A DNA stretch of 32,000 nucleotides, from assembly GCF_051201565.1 (NCBI RefSeq), contig NZ_CP179200.1:510001-542000 (forward strand), read 5' to 3'. The notes beneath the pieces are model-generated. The model made no database searches. It saw only the letters and a list, made by a program, of their open reading frames with translations, and was not told the DNA's origin. Below, one piece after another: positions 7,178-15,946 of the stretch (its first letter is position 1; each line of letters begins with the position of its first letter). The DNA comes from Pseudothioglobus sp. nBUS_23. Lineage in GTDB: Bacteria; Pseudomonadota; Gammaproteobacteria; PS1; Pseudothioglobaceae. The translations under genes were made by a program, and so were the position numbers.

Positions 7178-9586
7178 ATGAAAAATATCGAGGATAAAAA
7201 AAATCTTTCAAAAGAGCAAATTGATTCTGTTGTGTCATTATATTCTTCGGGAAAATTTATTGAAGCAATCGATGCAATTAATTTACTAAATGTGGAGTAT
7301 CCTAATGTTCCCCTTTTATATAATATTTTAGGTGTATGTCATAAGTCATTAAATCATCTTAATGAGGCGATAATTATGTTTCAGAGAGCAATAGATATTA
7401 AAGATGATTATTATGAAGCACATAAGAATTTAGGCCTTACATTTAAGGCCCTTGGTAGCTTGGATAAAGCAATTAATTGTTTTAAATATGCTCTAAAAAT
7501 CAATCCAAAATATCTTGATGCATATTACAACTTAGCAAATACTTATAATGATTTAGAAAATTTTGATGATGCGGTTACTAACTATAAAAGCGCAATACTG
7601 ATTAATCCAAATATTGCAGAAATATATAATAATCTTGGGAATGCTTTAAGAGAGAAAGGTGATCTAAATGATGCTCTTAAAAGCTATGAAAGCGCAATAG
7701 CAATAAATCCAAATATTGCTGAAATTTATAATAATATTGGAAATACTTTAAAAGACCTTGAAAGACTAGATGATGCTTTGAATAGTTACCAGAAAGCAAT
7801 AGAAATTAGTTCAAATTTTTCTGAAGCTTATTACAATAAAGGAATAGTTCTAAAGCGTCAACGAAAGTTAAATCTTGCTATTAAGAGTCTCAATAAAGCA
7901 ATTGAAATTAATCCCGAATTTGCTGAAGCTTACAATAATCTAGCTAGCTCACTTATTGCTCTAGGAAAAACTTCAAAGGCGATTGAATATTGTGAAAAAG
8001 CAATTAGACTAAAACCTAATTATGCAGAGGCATATAATAATTTTGGCAATATTCTCAAAGATTTAAGGATGTCTGATGCTGCTAAAAAATACTATGAAAA
8101 AGCAATAGAAATTAAGTCAGATTATGCCGAAGCAATAAGTAATCTTGGGACAATTTTTAGTGATAAAAAAAACAAAGAAAAAGCATTAGTTTTCTATGAA
8201 AAAGCATACAGTATTGATCCGAAGATTGATTTTCTTCTGGGCGATATAATTAATACTCAAATGAATTTATGTATCTGGGAAGGTCTGGACTCTAAAATTG
8301 AAGAATTAAAACTTGGATTAAAAAATAATCAAAAAATCATTGGTCCTTTTCCTTTGCTCAGCCTTATTGATGATCCTCAGATTCAACAAAAAGCGTCAGA
8401 ACAATTTGCAAGTTTTTATTATCCTAAAAACAATTCTTTTCCTGTAACTAGTAAACATAAAAAACATAAAAAAATAAAGATAGGTTATTTTTCCGCAGAT
8501 TTTAAGCAGCATCCAGTAGCCACATTAACTGCTGAACTTTATGAATTGCATGATAGAAGCAAATTTGAAATTCACGCATTTTCATTTGGGCCAGATACAC
8601 AAGATCCAATGAATTTAAGAATTAAGGCTGGTGTTGACTTCTTTCATGATGTATTAAATTCTTCTCATGATGAGATAGTTAGGTTGGCAAGATTAAATGA
8701 AATTGATATTGCAATTGATTTGGGAGGATATACAGCTAAGTCTAGAACTGAAATTTTTGCGATGTCAGTTGCTGAAATACAAATTTGTTACATAGGATAT
8801 CTTGGAACAATGGGGGCGGATTATTATGATTATATAATTGCAGATAAAATAATGATTCCAGAGGAAAATCAAAAATACTATTCCGAAAATATAGTCTATT
8901 TACCTAATTTTCAAGTAAATGATTCAAAAGAATTGCCCCCAGATATTGAAATTTCCCGAGCAGAACTTAATCTACCAGAGAATAGCTTTGTTTTTTGTTG
9001 TTTTAATAACACATATAAAATAACACCAGCTATTTTTGATAGTTGGGCTCGTATTCTGAAAAGAGTTGAGAATAGTGTTTTATTGATATATGTGAATAAC
9101 GAGTCTTCTCAAAAAAATTTAACAACAGAAATAATAAAAAGAAATATAGATTCTAATCGGCTTATTTTTGGAAAAAGTTTACCAAGGCCAGAATATTTAG
9201 CGAGATACCGCGTTGCTGACTTATTTTTAGATACATCTCCCTATAATGCAGGCACGACAGCAAGTGATGCTCTCAGAATGGGGTTGCCTGTTTTAACTAT
9301 GAAAGGAAATGCATATCCAAGTAGAATGGCAGCGAGCATATTAAATGCAGTCCATTTAAATGAATTAATAACAAATAACCATAAAGAGTATGAGTCTCTT
9401 GCTATTGAGCTTGCATTAAATAAAAAACAATTAAAGCAAATTAAAGAAAAATTAAATACTAATCTTGAAACTGCACCTCTATTCGATACTGCCAAATTTA
9501 CCAAAAATATTGAATCCGCTTATCAGCAAATGTATGAGATAAATCGCAAAAATCAAAACCCAGAAAATATTATTATTGAACATTAA
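7178..9586 (+). CDS. TPR-repeat / GT41-family glycosyltransferase, paralog C
   Basis: 802 aa. The ATG directly abuts the paralog B stop (TAAATG). There are about 9-10 TPR units. The GT41 lobes carry 'IGYFSADFKQHPVATL', 'FCCFNNTYKITPAIFDSWARILKRVENSVL' and 'DTSPYNAGTTASDALRMGLPVLT'. Two DNA patches are near-identical to paralog B. Confidence 0.85.
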   Translation: MKNIEDKKNLSKEQIDSVVSLYSSGKFIEAIDAINLLNVEYPNVPLLYNILGVCHKSLNHLNEAIIMFQRAIDIKDDYYEAHKNLGLTFKALGSLDKAINCFKYALKINPKYLDAYYNLANTYNDLENFDDAVTNYKSAILINPNIAEIYNNLGNALREKGDLNDALKSYESAIAINPNIAEIYNNIGNTLKDLERLDDALNSYQKAIEISSNFSEAYYNKGIVLKRQRKLNLAIKSLNKAIEINPEFAEAYNNLASSLIALGKTSKAIEYCEKAIRLKPNYAEAYNNFGNILKDLRMSDAAKKYYEKAIEIKSDYAEAISNLGTIFSDKKNKEKALVFYEKAYSIDPKIDFLLGDIINTQMNLCIWEGLDSKIEELKLGLKNNQKIIGPFPLLSLIDDPQIQQKASEQFASFYYPKNNSFPVTSKHKKHKKIKIGYFSADFKQHPVATLTAELYELHDRSKFEIHAFSFGPDTQDPMNLRIKAGVDFFHDVLNSSHDEIVRLARLNEIDIAIDLGGYTAKSRTEIFAMSVAEIQICYIGYLGTMGADYYDYIIADKIMIPEENQKYYSENIVYLPNFQVNDSKELPPDIEISRAELNLPENSFVFCCFNNTYKITPAIFDSWARILKRVENSVLLIYVNNESSQKNLTTEIIKRNIDSNRLIFGKSLPRPEYLARYRVADLFLDTSPYNAGTTASDALRMGLPVLTMKGNAYPSRMAASILNAVHLNELITNNHKEYESLAIELALNKKQLKQIKEKLNTNLETAPLFDTAKFTKNIESAYQQMYEINRKNQNPENIIIEH
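8918..9079. repeat. 162-bp near-identical patch, paralog C copy
   Basis: This is the partner of 6509..6670. Confidence 0.85.
9192..9298. repeat. 107-bp near-identical patch, paralog C copy
   Basis: This is the partner of 6783..6889. Confidence 0.85.
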
Positions 9587-9650
9587 AAAACTTAAGAGTA
9601 TTAAAATATAGCCTATAGATGTTTTCAAGATTATATTAGAGACCCAGATA

Positions 9651-10802
9651 ATGAAAAAGCCAGTGCAAGATATGTCTACTATGGAGGATAAATCTGACAA
9701 TATAGTTTTGTTTTATCCCCAGGTATCTGACCTAGCAAAACAGTATGTTGTGGACACGTTAAACTCTCGCTGGATTGGACAAGGCCCAAAAGTTAAATTA
9801 TTTGAAGACAGATTTAGTAAAAAATTCGGATCCAATCGGCCAGCTATTGCTGTGGGCTCAGGGACAGACGCATTACACTTGTCATATATATTAGCTGGAT
9901 TGAAACCTGGTGATGAAGTTATCGCACCTCTTTTTACATGTACCGCAACAAACATCCCTTTTCTTTATATGGGGGTGAAAATTAATTTTGCAGATATTGA
10001 CCCTGAAACTATGAACATTGATGTTAATCATGTACGTGATTTAATGAATGAAAAAATCAAAGCAATTGTTTGTGTTCATTATGGCGGACTTCCCTGTGAT
10101 ATGGATGAGTTACAAACGATAGCAAATGAATGGAATGTGCCAATTATTGAGGATGCTGCTCATGCAGTTGGGGCAAGTTATAAAGGAGCTGTTATTGGAA
10201 GTATTTCGGATTTTACAATGTTCTCTTTTCAGGCTATAAAACATATCACCACTGGTGATGGTGGGATGTTAATCGTTAAAGATACAGAGTTGCTGGATAA
10301 AGCAGAGCGTATTAGATGGTTTGGGATAGATAGGAAGTCAAAACAGGCGGGCATTTGGGAAAATGATATTACAGAAGTTGGCTATAAATACCAAATGACT
10401 GATATTGCTGCTGCAATGGGTATCGCATCACTTAATGAATTTGATAGTCATTCAAATCATCGTAAAACTCTGTTCAAAGTTTATGAAGAAGAGTTAAGTA
10501 AATGTGAAAGGTTAAAAATAATTGGGAGTGGATTCAATGACAGAGAGCATGGTGCATGGTTGTTCACAGTTATTGTTGAAGATAGATATACACTTCAAAA
10601 AAAATTAAGAGATCATGGGATTGAAAGCAATCAGGTCCATTTTAGAAATGATAGGTATTCAATTTTTAAAGAATTCACTTATGGAAAAATTTTTCCAAAT
10701 ATGGATAAAATTGAAGAAGACTATCTAGTTTTACCTCTCCACACAAAAATGACAGAAAATGATGTTAAGCGGGTTTGTTTTGTTATCAAATCTGGATGGT
10801 AG
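9651..10802 (+). CDS. DegT/DnrJ/EryC1/StrS-family PLP-dependent sugar aminotransferase
   Basis: The protein shows 'GTDALHLSYILAGLKPGDEVIAPLFTCTAT', 'IIEDAAHAVGASYKG' and 'FSFQAIKHITTGDGGML' (PLP lysine), typical of NDP-4-keto-sugar aminotransferases. The start is uncertain: in-frame ATGs at 9651, 9672 and 9681 are all possible, and family members usually begin ~10 aa before the 'LFYPQV' position. Confidence 0.85.
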   Translation: MKKPVQDMSTMEDKSDNIVLFYPQVSDLAKQYVVDTLNSRWIGQGPKVKLFEDRFSKKFGSNRPAIAVGSGTDALHLSYILAGLKPGDEVIAPLFTCTATNIPFLYMGVKINFADIDPETMNIDVNHVRDLMNEKIKAIVCVHYGGLPCDMDELQTIANEWNVPIIEDAAHAVGASYKGAVIGSISDFTMFSFQAIKHITTGDGGMLIVKDTELLDKAERIRWFGIDRKSKQAGIWENDITEVGYKYQMTDIAAAMGIASLNEFDSHSNHRKTLFKVYEEELSKCERLKIIGSGFNDREHGAWLFTVIVEDRYTLQKKLRDHGIESNQVHFRNDRYSIFKEFTYGKIFPNMDKIEEDYLVLPLHTKMTENDVKRVCFVIKSGW

Positions 10803-10845
10803 AGAAAGTGCTATAAATTTATAAGGTTATTATTAATACCTACAT

Positions 10846-11919
10846 ATGAAAATCAATAAGAAAATATTAGTCACTGGGGGTGCCGGTTTCATAGGTTCTG
10901 CAATGGTTAGACATTTAATTGATAGTACACACTCAACCGTCATAAACGTTGATAAACTAACTTATTCTGGAAATTTACAGTCTCTAGAATCAGTCAAAAA
11001 TAATAAAAATTACTTTTTTGAGAATGCTGATATATGCAATATTAATGACTTAAATAGAATCCTGAATAACTATCAGCCAGATATGTTAGTTCATCTTGCT
11101 GCTGAGTCGCATGTCGATCGCTCAATAGATAGTCCTGCTGAGTTCATCCAAACAAATGTAATTGGAACATTCAATCTCTTGGAGTCAGCTAAAAGCTATT
11201 GGGAGCAGCTTAAAGATCTTAAAAAAGAAAATTTTCGATTTCTTCATGTCTCAACAGATGAAGTCTACGGTGATTTGGAGAATACAAGTGATTTTTTTAC
11301 TGAAGATACATCATATAATCCGAGCTCTCCATATTCAGCGTCTAAGGCGAGTTCAGATCACCTTGTACGAGCATGGTTTAGAACATTTAAAATCCCAACT
11401 CTAATTACTAATTGCTCAAATAATTATGGACCATGCCAATTTCCTGAAAAATTAATTCCCCATATTATTCTTAGTGCCCAAAAAGGAGAAAAGTTACCAG
11501 TTTATGGTGATGGAAAGCAAATCAGGGATTGGCTGTATGTTGAAGACCATGTCCAAGCACTGGTAGCTGTTCTAATGAAAGGTAAGCCTGGTCAAACCTA
11601 TAATATTGGTGGTAATAATGAAATTCAGAATATTGATGTAGTTAAGAGAATTTGTACTATTTTAGATTCAAAAATTCCAAATAAATTAAATGGATTGAAA
11701 TCTTTTAGTGATTTAATATGTTTTGTTAAGGATAGACCTGGACATGATTTAAGGTATGCGATTGATGCTAGTAAAATTCAAACTGAAATTGAGTGGATTC
11801 CGAAAGAAAACTTTGAATCAGGTTTGGAAAAAACCATATCTTGGTATTTAGATAATAATGAATGGTGTAGTAACGTTCAAAATGGAAATTATAAGTTTAT
11901 TCGTCTTGGAGAAATTTAA
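10846..11919 (+). CDS. rfbB: dTDP-glucose 4,6-dehydratase
   Basis: The protein has the Rossmann motif '[12 protein letters not shown]', the catalytic 'YSASKASSD' (YxxxK), and '[12 protein letters not shown]'. Confidence 0.95.
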   Translation: MKINKKILVTGGAGFIGSAMVRHLIDSTHSTVINVDKLTYSGNLQSLESVKNNKNYFFENADICNINDLNRILNNYQPDMLVHLAAESHVDRSIDSPAEFIQTNVIGTFNLLESAKSYWEQLKDLKKENFRFLHVSTDEVYGDLENTSDFFTEDTSYNPSSPYSASKASSDHLVRAWFRTFKIPTLITNCSNNYGPCQFPEKLIPHIILSAQKGEKLPVYGDGKQIRDWLYVEDHVQALVAVLMKGKPGQTYNIGGNNEIQNIDVVKRICTILDSKIPNKLNGLKSFSDLICFVKDRPGHDLRYAIDASKIQTEIEWIPKENFESGLEKTISWYLDNNEWCSNVQNGNYKFIRLGEI

Positions 11920-12801
11920 ATGAAGGGAATTATTTTGGCAGGAGGATCAGGAACTCGACTTTATCCTTTAACTAAAAGTGTTTCTAAGCAATTATTGCCT
12001 GTATATGATAAACCAATGATTTATTACCCATTGTCAGTTCTGATGCTTGCTGGAATTAAAGATGTCTTAATTATTTCGACTCCAGAGGATTTGCAAAGAT
12101 TCCAAAGTCTTTTTGGTAATGGTTCTGATTTAGGTATGAATTTTGAATATATAGCTCAGCCTGCACCAGATGGGTTAGCTCAGGCATTTATTTTAGGAGA
12201 GGAGTTTATTGGGTCAGATAATGTTGCCTTAATTCTGGGAGACAATATTTTTTATGGACAGGGACTAACTAGTTTTTTAGAACAAGGTGTATCAAATGTC
12301 CTAAAAAATAATATAGCAACTGTATTTGCTTACCATGTCAATAATCCTTCTCGCTATGGGGTTGTGGAGTTTGATGAAAATGATAAAGCGATAAGTATTG
12401 AAGAAAAGCCCAAGGAGCCAAAGAGTAATTATGCAGTCACTGGTTTATATTTTTATCCAAATGATGTAGTGAAAAAAGCTATAACCGTCAAGCCATCAAA
12501 AAGAGGTGAATTAGAGATTACTAGTGTTAATGAAATGTATCTTAAGGAAGGGCGCTTAAAGGTTTCATTACTTGGAAGAGGTTATGCCTGGTTAGATACT
12601 GGTTCACATGAAGATCTTTTGGAGGCTTCGACTTTTATTGAAACAATTGAGAGAAGACAAGGCTTGAAGGTTGCTTGTATAGAAGAAATTGCATTTGAAA
12701 AAGGTTATATTTCTAAAGAACAATTATCAATAATTTCTAGTCAAATGAGTAACAATCAATATGGGAAATATTTGTATAGAAGGTTAGAAGAAAAAAAATA
12801 A
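11920..12801 (+). CDS. rfbA: glucose-1-phosphate thymidylyltransferase
   Basis: The protein shows '[18 protein letters not shown]', 'LGDNIFYG' and '[16 protein letters not shown]'. Its ATG directly abuts the rfbB stop. Confidence 0.95.
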   Translation: MKGIILAGGSGTRLYPLTKSVSKQLLPVYDKPMIYYPLSVLMLAGIKDVLIISTPEDLQRFQSLFGNGSDLGMNFEYIAQPAPDGLAQAFILGEEFIGSDNVALILGDNIFYGQGLTSFLEQGVSNVLKNNIATVFAYHVNNPSRYGVVEFDENDKAISIEEKPKEPKSNYAVTGLYFYPNDVVKKAITVKPSKRGELEITSVNEMYLKEGRLKVSLLGRGYAWLDTGSHEDLLEASTFIETIERRQGLKVACIEEIAFEKGYISKEQLSIISSQMSNNQYGKYLYRRLEEKK

Positions 12802-12802
12802 A

Positions 12803-13357
12803 ATGCACTTTATTGCCCAGTCCATTCCAGAAGTTTTAGTTATAGAACCCCTAGTTCATTTTGATGAGCGAGGCTATTTTATAGAATCATTTAGGCAAGA
12901 CTTGCTTGAAAAAAAACTGGGTTACCAAGTAAATTTTATTCAAGATAATGAATCAAAATCAAATCAAATGGGCATTCTACGGGGCCTACATTATCAAATA
13001 GCTCCATTTACTCAAAGTAAGTTAGTGAGAGTAAGTAAAGGAAGAGTTTTAGATGTTGCTGTTGATATTAGAAAAGATAGTGCAACTTTTGGTAAATATG
13101 TTGCAGTTGAGCTGAGTGATCAGAATAAAAGACAAGTTTTTATACCAAAAGGATTTGCCCACGGCTTTGTTGTTTTGAGTGAAGATGCGATTTTTTCCTA
13201 TAAGGTTGATCAGTATTACTCCAAAAAGCATGAAAGAGGCTTGATATTCAATGATAAAGACATCAACATCGATTGGCACATATCTGAAGAAGAGTTGATT
13301 CTATCAGTTGCAGATCAAGGCTACTCTTCGTTGAAAAATAATCAATTTTTGCTTTAG
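12803..13357 (+). CDS. rfbC: dTDP-4-dehydrorhamnose 3,5-epimerase
   Basis: The protein shows 'DERGYF.E', 'RGLHYQ', 'KLVRVSKGRVLDVAVDIRKDSATFG' and 'IPKGFAHGF'. Confidence 0.95.
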   Translation: MHFIAQSIPEVLVIEPLVHFDERGYFIESFRQDLLEKKLGYQVNFIQDNESKSNQMGILRGLHYQIAPFTQSKLVRVSKGRVLDVAVDIRKDSATFGKYVAVELSDQNKRQVFIPKGFAHGFVVLSEDAIFSYKVDQYYSKKHERGLIFNDKDINIDWHISEEELILSVADQGYSSLKNNQFLL

Positions 13358-13363
13358 CTGTTA

Positions 13364-14239
13364 ATGAATATTTTAGTAACTGGATCAAATAGCCAACTTG
13401 GAAAATCTCTAAAACAACTCTCTGATGAAAAAAATATTTCCAATAATTTTGTTTTTACTTCTAGAGAGCAACTAGATTTATCATCTATAACTGAGCTTGA
13501 AATTTTCATAGAATCTGGAAACTTTGATTTTATTGTCAATTTTGCCGCATATACAAGTGTTGATGAAGCAGAAAACAATAAAAAACAAGCTTATATAATC
13601 AATCACTTGGCAGTGAAAAGAATTGCAGAAATTTCAAAAAAAAATCAAATAAAGTTAATCCATCTCTCTTCAGATTTTGTCTTTGATGGTAGTAAAAATG
13701 AACCCTATAATGAAAATGATAATGCTTTTCCTATAAATATCTATGGCAAAAGTAAATATGCTGGTGAGCAAGCAATTCTAAAGGCTATGAAGACGAATGC
13801 TATTATCTTAAGAACTAGTTGGATGTATTCAGAATACGGTAATAATTTTGTTGATACAATTCTAAGACTTTCAAGAAAAAATGACACTTTAAATGTTGTT
13901 ACTGATCAAATTGGAAACCCAACATATGCAAGAGACTTAAGTCAATTAATTATGAAAATTATAATGAGCGATAAAATAAATTCGATTGATCAGTCATCAG
14001 AAATATTTCACTATTCTAATGAAGGTAGTTGCAGTTGGTATGATTTTGCCAGAGAAGTGATAAAAATTTCTGGAAACCAATGCATAATTAATCCCATATT
14101 GTCAAAAAAATATCCTTCAAAAGCAATAAGACCAAAAAATTCCTCAATGAGCAAAAAAAAAGTAATGAATGAATTTAATATTAAGACTACTTCTTGGAAG
14201 GATTCATTAAAAAAATGTATTGATAACATTTCAAAGTAA
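13364..14239 (+). CDS. rfbD: dTDP-4-dehydrorhamnose reductase
   Basis: The protein shows 'MNILVTGSNSQLG', 'YGKSKYAGE' (YxxxK), 'LRTSWMYS' and 'DQIGNPTYA'. Confidence 0.9.
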   Translation: MNILVTGSNSQLGKSLKQLSDEKNISNNFVFTSREQLDLSSITELEIFIESGNFDFIVNFAAYTSVDEAENNKKQAYIINHLAVKRIAEISKKNQIKLIHLSSDFVFDGSKNEPYNENDNAFPINIYGKSKYAGEQAILKAMKTNAIILRTSWMYSEYGNNFVDTILRLSRKNDTLNVVTDQIGNPTYARDLSQLIMKIIMSDKINSIDQSSEIFHYSNEGSCSWYDFAREVIKISGNQCIINPILSKKYPSKAIRPKNSSMSKKKVMNEFNIKTTSWKDSLKKCIDNISK

Positions 14240-14264
14240 TTTGATTAATTTAAGGACGCACTAA

Positions 14265-15209
14265 TTGAACAGTATTAAAGTAATAATTCCTAGAAGACTC
14301 AAAGGGGAAAGACTTGACTCTGCAATATCTGGGTTGTTGCCAAATATTTCGCGCTCAAAAATATCTTTACAGATTAAATCTGGCAAAGCACGGATTAATG
14401 ATAAAAATTTTAAGTCAAATGATAAAGTTGTTGGTGATGAAATTGTTAGTCTTGTTATAGACAAAAAAAAGAATAATAATTGGACTGCAGAAAAAATTCC
14501 TTTAGATATTGTTTTTGAAGATGAAGACATTATTGTGATTAATAAGCCATGGGGCATGGTTACTCATCCTGGAGCTGGAAATTGGACTGGAACTCTAGCA
14601 AATGCGCTATTAGACTATGATGATAATTTATCTAAACTTGACAGAGCTGGAATTGTTCATAGGTTAGATAAAAACACATCAGGTTTAATGGTAGTAGCAA
14701 AAAACTCTAAGTCACAAAAAAATCTTGTTGAACAACTGCAACAACACTTGGTAAAGAGAGAATATTCAGCTATAGTTTATGGGCAAATGATTTCCGGCGG
14801 TAAAGTTGATGAACCAATTGGAAGGCACCCTCGAGACAGGGTTAAGCAAGCAGTTCTCAGAAGTGGAAAAGATGCTATAACTCATTATAGAGTTGTGAAT
14901 CGTTATGATAATCATACACATGTAAAAGCTATTCTTGAAACTGGGAGAACTCATCAAATAAGGGTTCATTTATCTCATATTGGCCACCCTTTAATTGGTG
15001 ACCCAACCTATGGAGGCAGGCTAAGGTTTCCAAAAAAAGCAAAACAGGATTTAAAGGATGCTTTAAAAACTTTTGAAAGGCAGGCCCTTCACTCAAAAAA
15101 ATTAACCTTAAAACATCCAGAAAATGGAAATTCCATGACTTGGAAAATTGAGCTTCCAGATGATATGAAGCAGCTTCTTGAGGTTCTTAGTAGGATGAAT
15201 TCAATTTAA
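14265..15209 (+). CDS. rluD: 23S rRNA pseudouridine synthase, RluA family (RluD-like)
   Basis: The start is a TTG at 14265, with AGGA 8 nt upstream. The protein has an S4-like N-terminus, 'HRLDKNTSGLMVVAK' (catalytic Asp) and 'GRTHQIRVH'. It is followed by yfiH/pgeF, as in E. coli. Confidence 0.85.
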   Translation: MNSIKVIIPRRLKGERLDSAISGLLPNISRSKISLQIKSGKARINDKNFKSNDKVVGDEIVSLVIDKKKNNNWTAEKIPLDIVFEDEDIIVINKPWGMVTHPGAGNWTGTLANALLDYDDNLSKLDRAGIVHRLDKNTSGLMVVAKNSKSQKNLVEQLQQHLVKREYSAIVYGQMISGGKVDEPIGRHPRDRVKQAVLRSGKDAITHYRVVNRYDNHTHVKAILETGRTHQIRVHLSHIGHPLIGDPTYGGRLRFPKKAKQDLKDALKTFERQALHSKKLTLKHPENGNSMTWKIELPDDMKQLLEVLSRMNSI

Positions 15210-15218
15210 TTATTAGGA

Positions 15219-15935
15219 ATGGACGGATTTCCTAAAAATGTCAAACTTATATCTACACAAAGATTTATTCATGGAGGCAGAAGCTCTGGAAACTTTAATA
15301 ATTTCAATTTAGCTTTACATGTTAATGATAATAAAGAAAATGTAATAGAAAATCGAAATATTCTCGAAGGTCTGTTTAATTTACCTTCTTCACCAGTATG
15401 GATAAATCAAGTACACTCATCTATTTGTATAGATGCTGCATTAACAAATACAATTATTGAAGCTGATGCAAGTTTTACATCTAGAGTGGGAATTGTTTGT
15501 GGAATTATGACTGCAGATTGCTTGCCAGTCTTTGTAAGTAAAAAAAATGGGACAATGGTTGGCCTTGCCCATGCTGGTTGGAGAGGGCTGGTTTCTGGAG
15601 TTATTGATAATCTAATCAAATCCTTTAATTCGGATGGAGAACATCTAATCGTTCATCTTGGCCCTGCAATTTCAAAGCATTACTTTGAAGTTGGAGAGGA
15701 AGTTATGAGGCTTTATTTGTCCAAAAATGTCAACTTTGAGCGTTCTTTTTTAATTAAAAATAATAAAATTTATCTTGATCTATACGATGCAGCCAAAGTG
15801 ATTCTTGAGGGTTTGCACATAAATTCAATTTCTGGTGGCGATAGGTGTACTTTTCATGAATCAGAAGATTTTTTTTCTTATCGGAGAGATGGGTTGAATT
15901 CTGGCAGAATGGCACATCTTATCTGGATGGAATAG
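15219..15935 (+). CDS. pgeF: YfiH/PgeF-family protein (DUF152, laccase-domain / peptidoglycan editing factor)
   Basis: The protein shows 'MTADCLPV', 'LAHAGWRGL' and 'CTF....FFSYRRDG..GRM'. The conserved rluD-yfiH adjacency supports the call. Confidence 0.85.
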   Translation: MDGFPKNVKLISTQRFIHGGRSSGNFNNFNLALHVNDNKENVIENRNILEGLFNLPSSPVWINQVHSSICIDAALTNTIIEADASFTSRVGIVCGIMTADCLPVFVSKKNGTMVGLAHAGWRGLVSGVIDNLIKSFNSDGEHLIVHLGPAISKHYFEVGEEVMRLYLSKNVNFERSFLIKNNKIYLDLYDAAKVILEGLHINSISGGDRCTFHESEDFFSYRRDGLNSGRMAHLIWME

Positions 15936-15946
15936 GGCTCGTTTTA

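Noticed and set aside
1763-8228. Periodic ~102-bp repeats (recurring 'gcagaagctcacaataaccttgg'-like strings) that could be mistaken for a tandem-repeat array or CRISPR
   Set aside because: They are in-frame 34-aa TPR units inside long ORFs. The units are diverged from each other, there is no repeat-spacer structure, and no cas genes are present.
9606-9616. An 11-mer, 'atatagcctat', shared with the ileS promoter region (26324..26334) as a possible common operator
   Set aside because: Many 11-mer coincidences are expected in 32 kb of AT-rich DNA. There is no extended similarity or dyad symmetry beyond a 5-bp arm.
9479-9700. 73-aa hydrophobic minus-strand ORF spanning the paralog C / aminotransferase intergenic region
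   Set aside because: Most of it overlaps two well-supported plus-strand genes. Its I/L/F-rich sequence reflects AT-rich antisense DNA, and no RBS or promoter is evident.
14240-15946. Search for a mobile-element boundary (integrase, tRNA, direct repeats) at the right edge of the low-GC island
   Set aside because: No such feature was found. rfbD is followed directly by rluD-pgeF with 25-nt and 9-nt spacers.
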